Notes: generated from the letters alone by a model not told the origin. A stretch of DNA of 64,000 nucleotides from a virus (IMGVR_UViG_3300028802_000001:833-64832), one strand, 5' to 3'; positions 9,488 to 19,869 are shown, numbered from the stretch's first letter. Numbers and translations are program-made.

Positions 9488-9916
9488 ATGATCACGAGCG
9501 ACGATATCCTGATTTGCATCCCCCCAAAGAATGTGCGGGACGTGTGGCACGTTGTTAGACCTATGATTAGCCGTGCCTATGCCGCGGTAGACGAGGAGAG
9601 GCCCCCCGAGATGCTTGAGGCGCTGACGGCTGGGAAGTTGTTGCTGTGGGTTTATGCCGTTGGCGGGGACATTGTTGCGGCATTGGTCACGGCATTGGTG
9701 CCAAAGCCTTCGGGTCTTGCCTGCAAATTGATGGTCTGCGGTGGAGGGGCGATGGAGGATTGGCTGGTCAGAGGCCATCGGCAAATTGAGGCTTATGCAC
9801 GGGCAGAAGGGTGTGATAGGTTGACAATGGAAGGCAGACGTGGGTGGACGCGCTTGCTCCCCGGATATGACGTGAAACGGGTTGTCCTCGAAAAGAGACT
9901 TATCCATGCCGGGTAA
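9488..9916 (+). CDS. GNAT-like protein of podovirus tail module
   Basis: GG..MEDW...IEAYARAEGC...EGRRGW.R.L. Confidence 0.6.
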   Translation: MITSDDILICIPPKNVRDVWHVVRPMISRAYAAVDEERPPEMLEALTAGKLLLWVYAVGGDIVAALVTALVPKPSGLACKLMVCGGGAMEDWLVRGHRQIEAYARAEGCDRLTMEGRRGWTRLLPGYDVKRVVLEKRLIHAG

Positions 9917-11015
9917 AGACACACAGACACAGAACCAGAACAGCGTAACGTCGCCATATGAGCCGACGAAACCGTTGTTGCAGGACATTCTGAACAAATA
10001 TGGCTCGATGAATACGAGCGTCACGCCGGGACAGTCGTCGGCCCTGACAAATCTCAGCACGGCTGCATCTGGAATACCCAATTTTGGCAATAGCAGCAGT
10101 GATGCCATCAAGAACCTGTTTGGCAGTTCGACCGCGCCCCAGGTTGGCATGCTGGGGGATGCCTATCGCACGCTCCAGGGCAATCTGGGTTCAACGGCGT
10201 CGGGCGCCGGTCTCAATCCGTATTCGACGCCCGGATTCTCTGACGCCATCAATACGATGACAAATGACATCACCAATCAGACCAAGGGTGTTTTTGCCGG
10301 GTCGGGACGTGATCCCAGTGGCGCCGGCAGTTTTGCTCAGTCGCTCGGGCGAGGTCTGACGCAAGGCATCGCCCCGACGATTGCCAATCAATACAACCAG
10401 AACGCCGCTCGTATGGATGCGGCAAACAACACATTGTTCGGCGGGGCCGGCTCGACAGCCACCGGAATCACCGGCCAGCAACAGGTGCCGTTGACCAACG
10501 CAGCCAATGCGGTTGGCCTGCTTCCTGCGGCTGCGCAGGCGTATCTGGCTCCTGGGACTGCTCAACTTGGGGCCGCCAATGCTCAGTTCCAACAGCCCTA
10601 CGGGAACCTCTCGGCGTTGCTCAATCCAGTGGCTGGGATTGCGGGGCTTGGGGGGCAGTCGAGTGGGACCTCAACGACGACGCAGCCCCAGAACACGCTC
10701 AGCAATATCCTCGGAGGTGCTCTCGGGGGCACGGGCATCCTCAGTGCGACGGGCGCATTCGGCCCCGCAGGATGGCTACCGGCCTTATCGGACGAGCGCG
10801 CTAAAGACGACATCGAGCCTGTCGGTAAACTCAACGACGGTCAGAAGGTCTATCGCTACAAGATCAAGGGATCACCGAAGACCGAGATTGGGTTGTTGGC
10901 GCAAGAGGTCGGCAGGCGTAATCCTGACGCGGTGGGTCATATCGGCATGGGGCTGCTGGGTGTGGATTACCACCGTGCAACTGACAAGGCTGCCGCAATG
11001 GAAAGGGCCGCATAA
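9906..11015 (+). CDS. DNA pilot/ejection protein with C-terminal peptidase S74-like chaperone domain
   Basis: Gly/Ala/Gln-rich body; SDERAKDDIE.VG...VYRY...GLLAQEV...VDY. Confidence 0.75.
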   Translation: MPGKDTQTQNQNSVTSPYEPTKPLLQDILNKYGSMNTSVTPGQSSALTNLSTAASGIPNFGNSSSDAIKNLFGSSTAPQVGMLGDAYRTLQGNLGSTASGAGLNPYSTPGFSDAINTMTNDITNQTKGVFAGSGRDPSGAGSFAQSLGRGLTQGIAPTIANQYNQNAARMDAANNTLFGGAGSTATGITGQQQVPLTNAANAVGLLPAAAQAYLAPGTAQLGAANAQFQQPYGNLSALLNPVAGIAGLGGQSSGTSTTTQPQNTLSNILGGALGGTGILSATGAFGPAGWLPALSDERAKDDIEPVGKLNDGQKVYRYKIKGSPKTEIGLLAQEVGRRNPDAVGHIGMGLLGVDYHRATDKAAAMERAA

Positions 11016-11309
11016 ATGCCGTACCAACCGATGCAATTCCAGCCGGTGCAGATGCGTCCCAACGCGATGATGCAGATGGGCATGCAGGCGCTGAATATGG
11101 GGAAGCCGCAGCAAACCGGGCTGCTACAGCGATTGCTCAATCCCCCGGCTGCTCCTCTCAATCTAGCACCTCCGGGAGTGGCACCGATGGGCGGGATGGG
11201 GCAACCGGGCCTCTTGGCCAAGCTTTTCCCGGCCCTTGGGCAACAGCAACCGCAGGTTCCCATGATGCCGCAGGGTGATCCTACGGGCGGTCTTGGACCC
11301 ATTCGTTGA
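11016..11309 (+). CDS. Low-complexity Pro/Gln/Met-rich protein (ejection module)
   Basis: Coupled to the upstream stop; composition. Confidence 0.5.
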   Translation: MPYQPMQFQPVQMRPNAMMQMGMQALNMGKPQQTGLLQRLLNPPAAPLNLAPPGVAPMGGMGQPGLLAKLFPALGQQQPQVPMMPQGDPTGGLGPIR

Positions 11310-11318
11310 GGATTTCCG

Positions 11319-13115
11319 ATGGCTGGATGGCTCGAAGATTTGCTTATGCAGGGCGGCGCTATCCCGCAGCAGATGGCGGCCGCCTTGCAGGGCACCGGCA
11401 TGCGCCCTCAAGAGGGCGGCGCTTGGATGAAGCCACAGGAACCCGGCATGCTGAATGCGGCGGCTATGGTGCCTCCGCCGGCCCCTGCGCCAGTCCCTGT
11501 TTCTGCTCCGCCGCCGCCTGATGATATCATGGCGCGTGCCCCAGTGCCGTACCTCAATGGCCGTCCAATACCGACGCAGAGGAGTCCTAGTGTAGAACCG
11601 CCGCCGCAGCCAGAACCGGAGCCTCCGAAGCCGGCGGAGCCGAATGTCCCGGAGCCTCCTCCGCAATCCGCATTTGCGGCCGATCCTGCCGCCATTCGGC
11701 AACCTCCACCGGCTGCACCAGTCAACAACTCGCCTCCGGGTGGGGGTGGATTTGGTGGTATTCTCGGCAAGATATTCGACCCTGCGAATGCGCCTTTGCT
11801 GCTGGCTATGGGTGGTGGATTTGCTGGTGCGCCCTCGCTGGGCACGGGCATGCGCCGCGGGTTTACTGCGGCTGCTCCGCAGGCAACCCAACTATACAAG
11901 GAACGGCTGCTCGCTGAGCAGCAGAATGCGACAGCGAGGGCTTTAAGGTCAAAGCCGGGTATCTCTGAGGCCGATGTTATCGCAGCATCGCAGAACCCAG
12001 AATACCTTAAGAGCCTTCTGGCCGAGCATTTCGGCGGGTGGAAGCCGGTGACGGTAGGCGAGACACCTTTTGGCAAGACCATCGTCATGATGGGGCCCGG
12101 TGGTCAAACGCTGACGCCAGAACAGTTTCAGCAGAAGTTTTCTGCGGCTCGCTCTCCGGGCGGGACAGGAGGGGCGGTAACGAGCGCGCCTAATAACATC
12201 CCGGAGGGTACGGTTCCCGTCCCACCGAATAATGGCATCATCAAGCAGGGGCGGAATTATTACGATCCGAATGAGCCTGATGCGCAGAAGTATCTCGACC
12301 AGTTCTCGCCTGAGATGCAACAGGGCATCAAGCAGTTCGTGGAGGGCAAGGAAATCCCTGTTGGCAATCCGAGAATGAAGACGATGGCTGAGCCAATACG
12401 GAACTATGGCCGTCTCTATGCGGGCAAGGCTGGCATTGATGTCAGCGATGCGGCGTTTGCCGGTCGTCGTTTGATGGAGGTTGGACTGAAGGATACCGTC
12501 AAGCCAAGCGCGATTGGCGGGCAGATCACCTATGGCGGCACCTCGTTGACGCATTTGGAGGGAGCGGCGGAGAATGCTGTCAAGCTGAAGAATGCCGGCA
12601 TTGGTTTTGCTCCAGCATCTGAGGGGATTAACTATTTGAGGTCACTTGGTGAGAAGCAGAAGGGTATCGTCAATGAATTTAAAACAGATACGGGTAAATA
12701 CGGTCAAGAGATAACGAAGTTTTACACTAATTCGCCCGGCGGCGTTGAGGAGCGTCAGGCATTCGCCAAAAATACGTCACCATTCCAGGCGCCAGAAGCA
12801 ATGGCTGGATCAATTCGTGGGGAGTTGAAACTGCTTCCTGGCCGCTTTGAGCAAATCTACGACAACATCGCGCAAACTCTTGGAAAGGATCGTGCAGAAC
12901 AGGCGTTGGCGCGTGCAAAGATTAGAGAGCGCACCAACGCCATCAAGGGCTATCTCGCAGAACTTGACCCGACTGGCACAGAGGCGCAGGAAAAGAAACA
13001 ATACGGGGGCAAGTTTGCGCCTCTTGATGCGGTGGGGCGGCCTATAGAGACGCCGCATGCTCCAACTGCTCCGGCTGCCACCGGCGGTCAGTTCAAGATT
13101 CTCAGTGTGCAGTAA
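11319..13115 (+). CDS. Internal virion / DNA transfer protein
   Basis: Pro-rich N-terminus, helical C-terminus; position among ejection genes. Confidence 0.6.
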   Translation: MAGWLEDLLMQGGAIPQQMAAALQGTGMRPQEGGAWMKPQEPGMLNAAAMVPPPAPAPVPVSAPPPPDDIMARAPVPYLNGRPIPTQRSPSVEPPPQPEPEPPKPAEPNVPEPPPQSAFAADPAAIRQPPPAAPVNNSPPGGGGFGGILGKIFDPANAPLLLAMGGGFAGAPSLGTGMRRGFTAAAPQATQLYKERLLAEQQNATARALRSKPGISEADVIAASQNPEYLKSLLAEHFGGWKPVTVGETPFGKTIVMMGPGGQTLTPEQFQQKFSAARSPGGTGGAVTSAPNNIPEGTVPVPPNNGIIKQGRNYYDPNEPDAQKYLDQFSPEMQQGIKQFVEGKEIPVGNPRMKTMAEPIRNYGRLYAGKAGIDVSDAAFAGRRLMEVGLKDTVKPSAIGGQITYGGTSLTHLEGAAENAVKLKNAGIGFAPASEGINYLRSLGEKQKGIVNEFKTDTGKYGQEITKFYTNSPGGVEERQAFAKNTSPFQAPEAMAGSIRGELKLLPGRFEQIYDNIAQTLGKDRAEQALARAKIRERTNAIKGYLAELDPTGTEAQEKKQYGGKFAPLDAVGRPIETPHAPTAPAATGGQFKILSVQ

Positions 13116-15193
13116 TGCCAACTTACACCATTGAAACGCCGCTCGGTAAGAAACTCACCATCGAAGCGCCGGATGAGGCGCAGGCGATGGCCGGGGCGCA
13201 GCAATGGCATGCGGAGAATGGTGGCGGAACTTCAGCGCCACCCCCCGCCCCAGAGCCCATCACCACCAATAAGGTTATCCGCTCGGCGGCGACTGGCGTT
13301 CCTATTCTTGGCGGCCTTCTCAACAAGGCGAACGCAGCTACAAATGCTGCGCTGGCTCCGATTGTCGAGCCATTTCTTGCCAAGGGGCCAGAGACGCTGG
13401 ATCAACCGACATTTGGCGAACGCTATGCCAAGTCTCTTGAATTGCAGAACAAGCAGGACGAGAGGTTCTCCGCTGAGCATCCGTATGTGGACACTGCGGC
13501 TCAACTTGCTGGTGGAGTTGGTGCCACGCTTCCCCTTGCAGCCGGTACACTGGGCCCGATGGCAGCACGGGCCGTTGGTATGGGCGGGAATACGCTCGTC
13601 GGCCAGACAACGCGGAATGCGGTGAGCGGAGGCGGGATTGCTGCCGCCGATGCCTTGGTCCGCGGCAATGATCCATTAGCGGCTGGAGGCTTGGGAACGG
13701 TTATCGGCGCTGCGGCTCCGGTGACGGGGCGCATTGTTGGCGGGCTGGTGGAAGGCGGCAGAAATCTCATTCGCGGGATCGTCAACCCTGCGGAGGAGGC
13801 GGCCCGCAAGGTCGCTGTTACAGCCCAACGGGCGCAAGACCTTGCGGCGTTAACACCGACTAACCCGCGGAACCCTTTGACACCAGCGCAGGCAATGTCG
13901 GCCGAGGCGCAAGGCTTCCCGACCACGGTGCTCGATACGGCCGGCGAGCCTGGGAGGCGGTTGGCGCAGAGTGCAGTCAACACCTCGGCTGAGGGTGGAC
14001 AGATTCTCACCAACGCAATGGAGCAAAGGACCGAGGCGCAATCCGGCCGGATGCGCAATTGGCTGCAGTCTCAGTTTCATTATCCGAATATAGAAGCGCA
14101 AGATCGTGCCATCGCCAACGTCCAACGCACGGTCAATGACAGGGCGTATGAAGGAGCGCGCACTGCCGCCGATGTGGCTCACCCACAGGGAATTTGGTCG
14201 CCAGAGTTAGAGCGCCTGACATCGAGCCCCGACGTTATCAAGGCAATGAAGGAGGCTGTTGAGAGCGGAAAAGGGCGAGCGGTTGCGGAGCGTTATGGTG
14301 GATTCAATCCTGGTGTGACTTTTGAAAATGGTATGCTTAAGTTTCAGCGCGGCGCAACTGGCGTGCCAAGCTATCCTGATTTGCGTTTCTGGGATTATAC
14401 TTATCGCAATCTACGCGATGAGGCGGGTGCCGCATTTGACAAAGGGCTCAAAGACAAAGGCAGCGTACTTAGCACGCAAGCCAATCAATTGCGCGCTGAG
14501 CTTGACCAAATGGTTCCTGAATTTGGGCAAGCGCGTGCCGGTGCGGCACAGTTTTTTGGAGCACATAACGCGCTTGAAGCTGGTCGTGTGTTTGCAACGC
14601 CAGCCGCAAAATTCGAGAACGATGCAGCCCGTCGAACTGTCGCTGGAATGTCGGCTCCAGAGCGTCAGTTGTTTCAGGACGGGTTTGTAGACAGCCTCGT
14701 GCGGCAACTGCATGAATTTGGCAACACGCGCAATGCGGCGGGTCTCATCCTCAAATCCGATGCCGATATCGAGCGTCTGCAAATTGCTCTCGGGCCGCAG
14801 CGCGCCCGTGAGGTAGAGGCAATGTTGCGGCTTGAGAAGATCATGCATTTGGGCCAGAGCACCGTCAAAGGCTATTCAACGACGGCACGGCAGACGCGAG
14901 ATTTGATACTTGCCGGCGGCATCGGGACGGCTTTGGAAGGTGGCAACGTGTATGACCCGCAGACGTATCTCAATGCGGCGCTAACATTTGGTGGATTGAA
15001 GGCGAGGGGCTATGTCAATGAGCGGGTAGCTCGTCAGGTGGCAGAACTTCTAGCATCAAACAATCATGCGCGGGTGGCGCAAGGGATGCGAATTGCGAGC
15101 CAGCCGCGATTTTTGAATTCACTTCGACAAGCCGATGCGGCCATATCGAAGGCCGCAAGCGTTCAAGCTGAGCCTCATCCGACCTATCAATGA
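13115..15193 (+). CDS. Large internal virion / DNA transfer protein
   Basis: MPTYTIETP.G N-terminus, Ala/Gly-rich hydrophobic segment, helical body. Confidence 0.65.
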   Translation: MPTYTIETPLGKKLTIEAPDEAQAMAGAQQWHAENGGGTSAPPPAPEPITTNKVIRSAATGVPILGGLLNKANAATNAALAPIVEPFLAKGPETLDQPTFGERYAKSLELQNKQDERFSAEHPYVDTAAQLAGGVGATLPLAAGTLGPMAARAVGMGGNTLVGQTTRNAVSGGGIAAADALVRGNDPLAAGGLGTVIGAAAPVTGRIVGGLVEGGRNLIRGIVNPAEEAARKVAVTAQRAQDLAALTPTNPRNPLTPAQAMSAEAQGFPTTVLDTAGEPGRRLAQSAVNTSAEGGQILTNAMEQRTEAQSGRMRNWLQSQFHYPNIEAQDRAIANVQRTVNDRAYEGARTAADVAHPQGIWSPELERLTSSPDVIKAMKEAVESGKGRAVAERYGGFNPGVTFENGMLKFQRGATGVPSYPDLRFWDYTYRNLRDEAGAAFDKGLKDKGSVLSTQANQLRAELDQMVPEFGQARAGAAQFFGAHNALEAGRVFATPAAKFENDAARRTVAGMSAPERQLFQDGFVDSLVRQLHEFGNTRNAAGLILKSDADIERLQIALGPQRAREVEAMLRLEKIMHLGQSTVKGYSTTARQTRDLILAGGIGTALEGGNVYDPQTYLNAALTFGGLKARGYVNERVARQVAELLASNNHARVAQGMRIASQPRFLNSLRQADAAISKAASVQAEPHPTYQ

Positions 15194-15317
15194 CATATGC
15201 GGCATAGAAAAATATGGTAAGCCAAGGCGGTAGCATCCAAAAAAGTCCGACACTGAGGATGAGCCATTTCGCCAGCATATAGATGCCAAGCATGGCGAAC
15301 AGGAAAGCATAGGTCAT
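15015..15317 (-). CDS. Possible small membrane protein antisense to the ejection operon
   Basis: About 40 strongly hydrophobic N-terminal residues fill the gap 15194-15315; 3' part overlaps the convergent gene. Confidence 0.3.
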   Translation of the reverse strand: MTYAFLFAMLGIYMLAKWLILSVGLFWMLPPWLTIFFYAAYVIDRSDEAQLERLRPSIWPHRLVEVNSKIAAGSQFASLAPPAHDCLMLEVLPPDELPAH

Positions 15318-16176
15318 GGCTGACGATACCACATCCCCAGAGGCCGCGCTAATCCGCGCTCGGATGGCGATTGACCCCAGATATGCGCCTGCGCTGTTTC
15401 AGATCGAGAGCGGGGGCAATCCCAGGGCAGTAACGGGCTCCAATCGTGGATTGGGACAATTCGGGCCTCGGGAGGAAGCACAATATGGCATTACGAGTGC
15501 GAATCGGATGGATCCAGCCGCGCAAACTGCTGCGGTACAGCGGGAAGCCATCAACCATGCCAATGTGCTGACGCAGAGGCTTGGCCGCGAGCCGACACCA
15601 TCGGAACTTTACTTTACGCATCAACAGGGTATTGCGGGCGGGCCTGCGTTGCTCACGGCTGATCCGAGTGTGCCGGCGTGGCAGGTTGTGCGGCCCTATT
15701 ATTCCGATGCGTTGGCCAGAAGCAAAGGCTTCGCTAGCGGCGATGCAATGGCGAGGGCCGCGATCACCGGCAACATCCCCTCAAAACACCCCCTCGCCGG
15801 GACGGACCCAACGGCTGGGGACTTCCGCAATCTATGGATGGACAGGTTCAATCGCGCGCTCACTGGCGCAGGGAATGCTCCTGCCCCTGCATCGGGTACA
15901 CCGGCCATGCCCCAGCCCATGGGCGGGGCACCAGTGTCTCCCACAGCCCCCTCCCAGGCTCCTGCCGTGCCGTCCCAGACGGGGGCCGTGCCGGTCGTCC
16001 CGGAGAATGCAGCACCGGACAACGATGCACTGCTGAAGATGCTTCAGGCGATGTCCGCGCCTGCCCAACAGCAGCCAGCCATGCCGCAAATGCCCCCCAT
16101 CAACTTCCCGCAGCCCAAGGGGCTTGATCTTGCGCGGGCTATTGCGCGGGCTACTGGACGGGAGAAAATCGCATGA
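15316..16176 (+). CDS. Virion-associated lytic transglycosylase (lysozyme-like fold)
   Basis: QIESGG.P.A, GLGQF, LY.THQQG..G; Pro-rich tail. Confidence 0.75.
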   Translation: MADDTTSPEAALIRARMAIDPRYAPALFQIESGGNPRAVTGSNRGLGQFGPREEAQYGITSANRMDPAAQTAAVQREAINHANVLTQRLGREPTPSELYFTHQQGIAGGPALLTADPSVPAWQVVRPYYSDALARSKGFASGDAMARAAITGNIPSKHPLAGTDPTAGDFRNLWMDRFNRALTGAGNAPAPASGTPAMPQPMGGAPVSPTAPSQAPAVPSQTGAVPVVPENAAPDNDALLKMLQAMSAPAQQQPAMPQMPPINFPQPKGLDLARAIARATGREKIA

Positions 16177-17177
16177 GTTGGTGGAATTGGTCTACCACGG
16201 CATCGACAAACTCGACTGCTGACCCGACCATCAATTGGAGTGAGGGCCAAAGTCCGTCATCCGTGAACGATAGCGCCAGGAGTATGATGGCGCGCACGGC
16301 GGATTTCCGCGATCTGATTTCCGGCAAACTCGTCACGACGGGAACTGGCACCGCCTATGTGCTGGCGAGCTTGCAAACTCCTGCATTCGATACACTGGCC
16401 CATATGGACGGCCAAATGTTTGCGTTCGTGCCGAATGTCACCAACACCGGCCCGGTGACACTTGCCGTCGATGGACTCACGGCTAAGCCGATCCGCTCGC
16501 AGACGGGGGCCGCTGGTGATCTCGGGTCTGGTACACTTATTCTTGGCACTCCCTACGTGGTGACATACTACAATTCTGTGGGCGAGTTCATTTTACAGGG
16601 ATTTGTTGGCACGCCTCTCATTGTTCCGATTGGGGCGCTTCTGTTTTTGACTTATTCACCATCTCTCCCCAACAGCAACTTTGTCTTTCCAATTGGGCAG
16701 GCTATATCACGCAGCACCTATTCAATATATTTTGGATTGGTTGGCACATACTACGGTGTCGGCGACGGCAGCACGACGTTTAACATTCCTGATTTGCGAA
16801 GCCGGATGATCATCCCAACGGCCACGATGGGAGGGGGTGCCGATCCGGGTCTTGTGACGACTGCTGGATCGGGAATTAACGGAGCTTTGATTGGAGCTAC
16901 TGGCGGCGTGCAGAATATCACTCTCGACAGCACGATGATCCCGTCGCACTCTCACAGTATCACCGATCCCGGCCATACCCATACGACAAGTTTGCCGCTG
17001 ACCAACGCAACTGCGGCTGGGGCTAACTTTGCTGGTGGTTCTGGTGCCGCAAATCGCGTAGCAACGATTGACGCGGCATCCACTGGAATCACCACGACAA
17101 ACGCGACTGGCGGAAGTCAGGCTCACAACAACATGCCTCCGTCGATAGTGTTGCCGGTGATCCTCCGAATTTTATAG
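16173..17177 (+). CDS. Tail fibre with tail-collar domain (no signal peptide)
   Basis: WSEGQSPSSVNDSAR.MMA anchor; GQAISR.TY...GVGDGSTTFNIPDLR collar; PSHSH...HNNMPP tip. Confidence 0.88.
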   Translation: MSWWNWSTTASTNSTADPTINWSEGQSPSSVNDSARSMMARTADFRDLISGKLVTTGTGTAYVLASLQTPAFDTLAHMDGQMFAFVPNVTNTGPVTLAVDGLTAKPIRSQTGAAGDLGSGTLILGTPYVVTYYNSVGEFILQGFVGTPLIVPIGALLFLTYSPSLPNSNFVFPIGQAISRSTYSIYFGLVGTYYGVGDGSTTFNIPDLRSRMIIPTATMGGGADPGLVTTAGSGINGALIGATGGVQNITLDSTMIPSHSHSITDPGHTHTTSLPLTNATAAGANFAGGSGAANRVATIDAASTGITTTNATGGSQAHNNMPPSIVLPVILRIL

Positions 17178-17186
17178 GGTTGCACC

Positions 17187-17624
17187 ATGACACAAATCCA
17201 TACCGATCTTCTGATCACGCGGGAATCTGCCCGCCGGATTCGCGTCGAGCCGACGACGGCTGTTGGAGGAACAATCTCGCAGACGAATGTGCAACGAGCA
17301 TTGGAGCAGATCGCCGGGTTCATTGCTCCAGTGAATACGACGATCATTGCCACGCCTGCGGTGATACCAGCAACAGTCAGTGCCGTATATTTTAACGTCG
17401 GATCGGCAGTTACTGCGACACTTCCAGACGCGGCGACTTGGGCAACCAATTTTACTGGATCGCTTTTGCTCAAGGATATAAGCGGTGCTGCGGCAACCAA
17501 CAACATCACCATCAATCGTGCCGGGAGCAATACGATTGACGGCCTAACGACGTTCCAAATCCTGAGCAATTACGGATTCTTCTCTCTCCGTGTCGTTTCT
17601 GGAAACTGGACATTTGTCGGATGA
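17187..17624 (+). CDS. Tail appendage/adaptor beta protein, paralogue 1
   Basis: TLPDA..W...LLLKDISG...ITINRAG.NTID...SG.WT.VG shared with the next gene. Confidence 0.6.
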   Translation: MTQIHTDLLITRESARRIRVEPTTAVGGTISQTNVQRALEQIAGFIAPVNTTIIATPAVIPATVSAVYFNVGSAVTATLPDAATWATNFTGSLLLKDISGAAATNNITINRAGSNTIDGLTTFQILSNYGFFSLRVVSGNWTFVG

Positions 17625-17983
17625 CACTCAAGATAGAAATATCGGGAGATTTGACTGCGTCCATCATTTCTGGGAATGAGAATTCTTACAGCGAGATCAG
17701 CGTGACAACCACGCCGTCTGTGATCCCGACGTCTGCTTCAAGGGTGTTTTTCAATGTTGGGGGCACAGCATTATCAACACTCCCTGATGCTGTGACGTGG
17801 GCCGCCGACAATCCAAGCGGTGAACTTTTGCTCAAAGACATCAGCGGCAATGTTGGAGCCGGAATCACAATCAATCGAGCCGGAATGAATACGATAGACA
17901 GGCTCATAAGCATCACAATCACCAGAAACTTCGCGTTCTATGTTCTGTGCGTGGTTTCTGGAGACTGGACCATCGTCGGGTGA
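17621..17983 (+). CDS. Tail appendage/adaptor beta protein, paralogue 2
   Basis: Tandem paralogue of 17187-17624. Confidence 0.6.
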   Translation: MTLKIEISGDLTASIISGNENSYSEISVTTTPSVIPTSASRVFFNVGGTALSTLPDAVTWAADNPSGELLLKDISGNVGAGITINRAGMNTIDRLISITITRNFAFYVLCVVSGDWTIVG

Positions 17984-17987
17984 AACA

Positions 17988-19511
17988 ATGAAACATATTC
18001 TTGCGGCTCTTCCAGTTGCCGTCGTCTATTTCCTAACTCCTGCAACGGCGCATGCACAGTGCAATGGGCAATTCGGTGCTGGCCAAATTTGTGGAAATCC
18101 GACAGGCTCGCAGGCATTGCCAAGACCTGGGGCCACAAGCGTCTTTGGAGTTGTGACAGGCCCTGCTTCGGCTACGGACAATGCCATTGCGCGGTTTGAC
18201 GGAACCACTGGCAAATTAATCCAGAATTCAATCCCTACAATCGCTGATGACGGTAGCTTTGCAATCGTAACCGCGACTAGTGTAATCGGGACAACAACGG
18301 GGCGCGGTCCCCTCTTTGTCGTTAACAATGCCGCCTCATCTGGCAACCCGGCCGGCAAAAATATGGGATGCCAGTTCTGGGTTGGGAACAATCCAACTGC
18401 TACTCCCGGAGCAAATCAAAGCGTCAACTGCACGATGTACATTGACAATCTCAATCGTGATTCGATTTGGGGTTTGAATGTCATCACATTATACGGAGAC
18501 AATGGTGCGGGATGGGCCGATACCAGCGGTCGCGCGATTGAGCTTGAAGTGAACAACTTCTTCGTAGCCAACTCGACAACCGATCCTTGGGGTTCAGCTA
18601 ATACGAGAAAGAACGGCATCGAAATCGTCAATGGCGCATCCACGATTGGGAGAACCACTGCCGGGATTATGACATGGGGCGTGCAAACTAATGGGACTGG
18701 CTGGTTTGATTCATCCATCGCCCTGTCAAGGGGGTACAATTACGGAGTGCGTTGTGTTGCCGATCCGGGAGGGGTGGTTGACACGACGCCAGCTTTCAAG
18801 ACCGCATGTTTCTCGGATGAGAGTGACAGCGTTAATGTTCTGAAGGTATCGCGTACACATACCAATGGTGTAGATTTTTCTGCTGCTACCTTTAGCGGCA
18901 ATGCTTTCGCTAGTCCTGGTTTCAGCGTCGGTGGGACTGGACTGCTCTCTGTCACTAATACTGGCGTGTCGTCTACACTTGGCAGTTTGGGAGTTGGCAC
19001 TACGGCCGGCAGCGTAATTGGCCTGTCTCGATTTGTTCACATTGTCGGAACTGCGGGGAATACCGCGGGTTTTGAAATTGGAGTGACTGGGGGAAACACT
19101 TCTGCCGTGTATCTGTCTACGGATGGAGCGACATTCGGTGCCATTGCGACAAGCATTAATATGCCACTTAGTTTTCAAACGAGCAGCACAGCCAGACTAA
19201 GCATTATCGGAAACGCCACTCATTTAGCTCCGTCTGGAACAGCACCCGCACTGACCGCCTGCGGCGGTGGTTCGCCTGCAATAACCGGATCAGACGTTGC
19301 GGGTGAAGTGACGATGGGGACTACGGCAACCGGCTGCGTCATTACGTTCAACGTGGCTTATGTGGCCGCCCCATATTGCACAGTGTCATGGCAAGCAACA
19401 CCATTGGCATCACAGAGTTACACAGTTTCCACCACTGCTATTACGACCGTGCAGACAAGCACGTCATCAAATAAGATTAATTACACCTGTATGGCTCAGA
19501 GTGGAGGATAA
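17988..19511 (+). CDS. Tail-fibre-like protein with N-terminal Sec signal peptide
   Basis: MKHILAALPVAVVYFLTPATAHA|QC; GPASATDNAIARFDGTTGKLIQNS fibre motif; 10 Cys in mature part. Confidence 0.7.
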   Translation: MKHILAALPVAVVYFLTPATAHAQCNGQFGAGQICGNPTGSQALPRPGATSVFGVVTGPASATDNAIARFDGTTGKLIQNSIPTIADDGSFAIVTATSVIGTTTGRGPLFVVNNAASSGNPAGKNMGCQFWVGNNPTATPGANQSVNCTMYIDNLNRDSIWGLNVITLYGDNGAGWADTSGRAIELEVNNFFVANSTTDPWGSANTRKNGIEIVNGASTIGRTTAGIMTWGVQTNGTGWFDSSIALSRGYNYGVRCVADPGGVVDTTPAFKTACFSDESDSVNVLKVSRTHTNGVDFSAATFSGNAFASPGFSVGGTGLLSVTNTGVSSTLGSLGVGTTAGSVIGLSRFVHIVGTAGNTAGFEIGVTGGNTSAVYLSTDGATFGAIATSINMPLSFQTSSTARLSIIGNATHLAPSGTAPALTACGGGSPAITGSDVAGEVTMGTTATGCVITFNVAYVAAPYCTVSWQATPLASQSYTVSTTAITTVQTSTSSNKINYTCMAQSGG

Positions 19512-19516
19512 TAGAC

Positions 19517-19738
19517 ATGCGATTCCGCTATGTGTTGCCGGTTCTGTTTTTGACAACGCCGACCTTTGCGCAACAGCAATCTACACCGCAACAAATAATC
19601 GAACAGCGCGAGGCTTTACAGATCGGGGCTCTGCTCAAGCAGAATATCACTCTGAGTGTCCAGCTTGAGGCGGCTAACGATGCCCTGGCGAAAGCGCAGG
19701 CCAGGATCAAGGAACTGGAAGCCAAGGTGCCAAAGTGA
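19517..19738 (+). CDS. Small signal-peptide coiled-coil protein (putative fibre chaperone)
   Basis: MRFRYVLPVLFLTTPTFA|QQQ; heptad tail LAKAQARIKELE. Confidence 0.6.
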   Translation: MRFRYVLPVLFLTTPTFAQQQSTPQQIIEQREALQIGALLKQNITLSVQLEAANDALAKAQARIKELEAKVPK

Positions 19739-19869
19739 GCGACGTGATCGATGCGATGGCAATCATTGCGGCATACAGCCTGAACATGCTGGCTATCTTT
19801 GCGCTTGGGTTTGGGGTTGCGGGCGTGCTCGTGCTTCCCATCGTCAACAAGTGGAAAAATAATCTGTGA
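19735..19869 (+). CDS. 44-aa single-pass membrane protein, holin candidate (not in ORF track)
   Basis: GTG start overlapping upstream TGA; MSDVIDAMAIIAAYSLNMLAIFALGFGVAGVLVLPIVNKWKNNL; stop overlaps the endolysin start. Confidence 0.5.
   Translation: MSDVIDAMAIIAAYSLNMLAIFALGFGVAGVLVLPIVNKWKNNL

Noticed and set aside
11460-11750. Pro-rich PEP/PAP repeats in ejection and scaffold proteins
   Set aside because: Ordinary low-complexity linkers, not a DNA repeat system.
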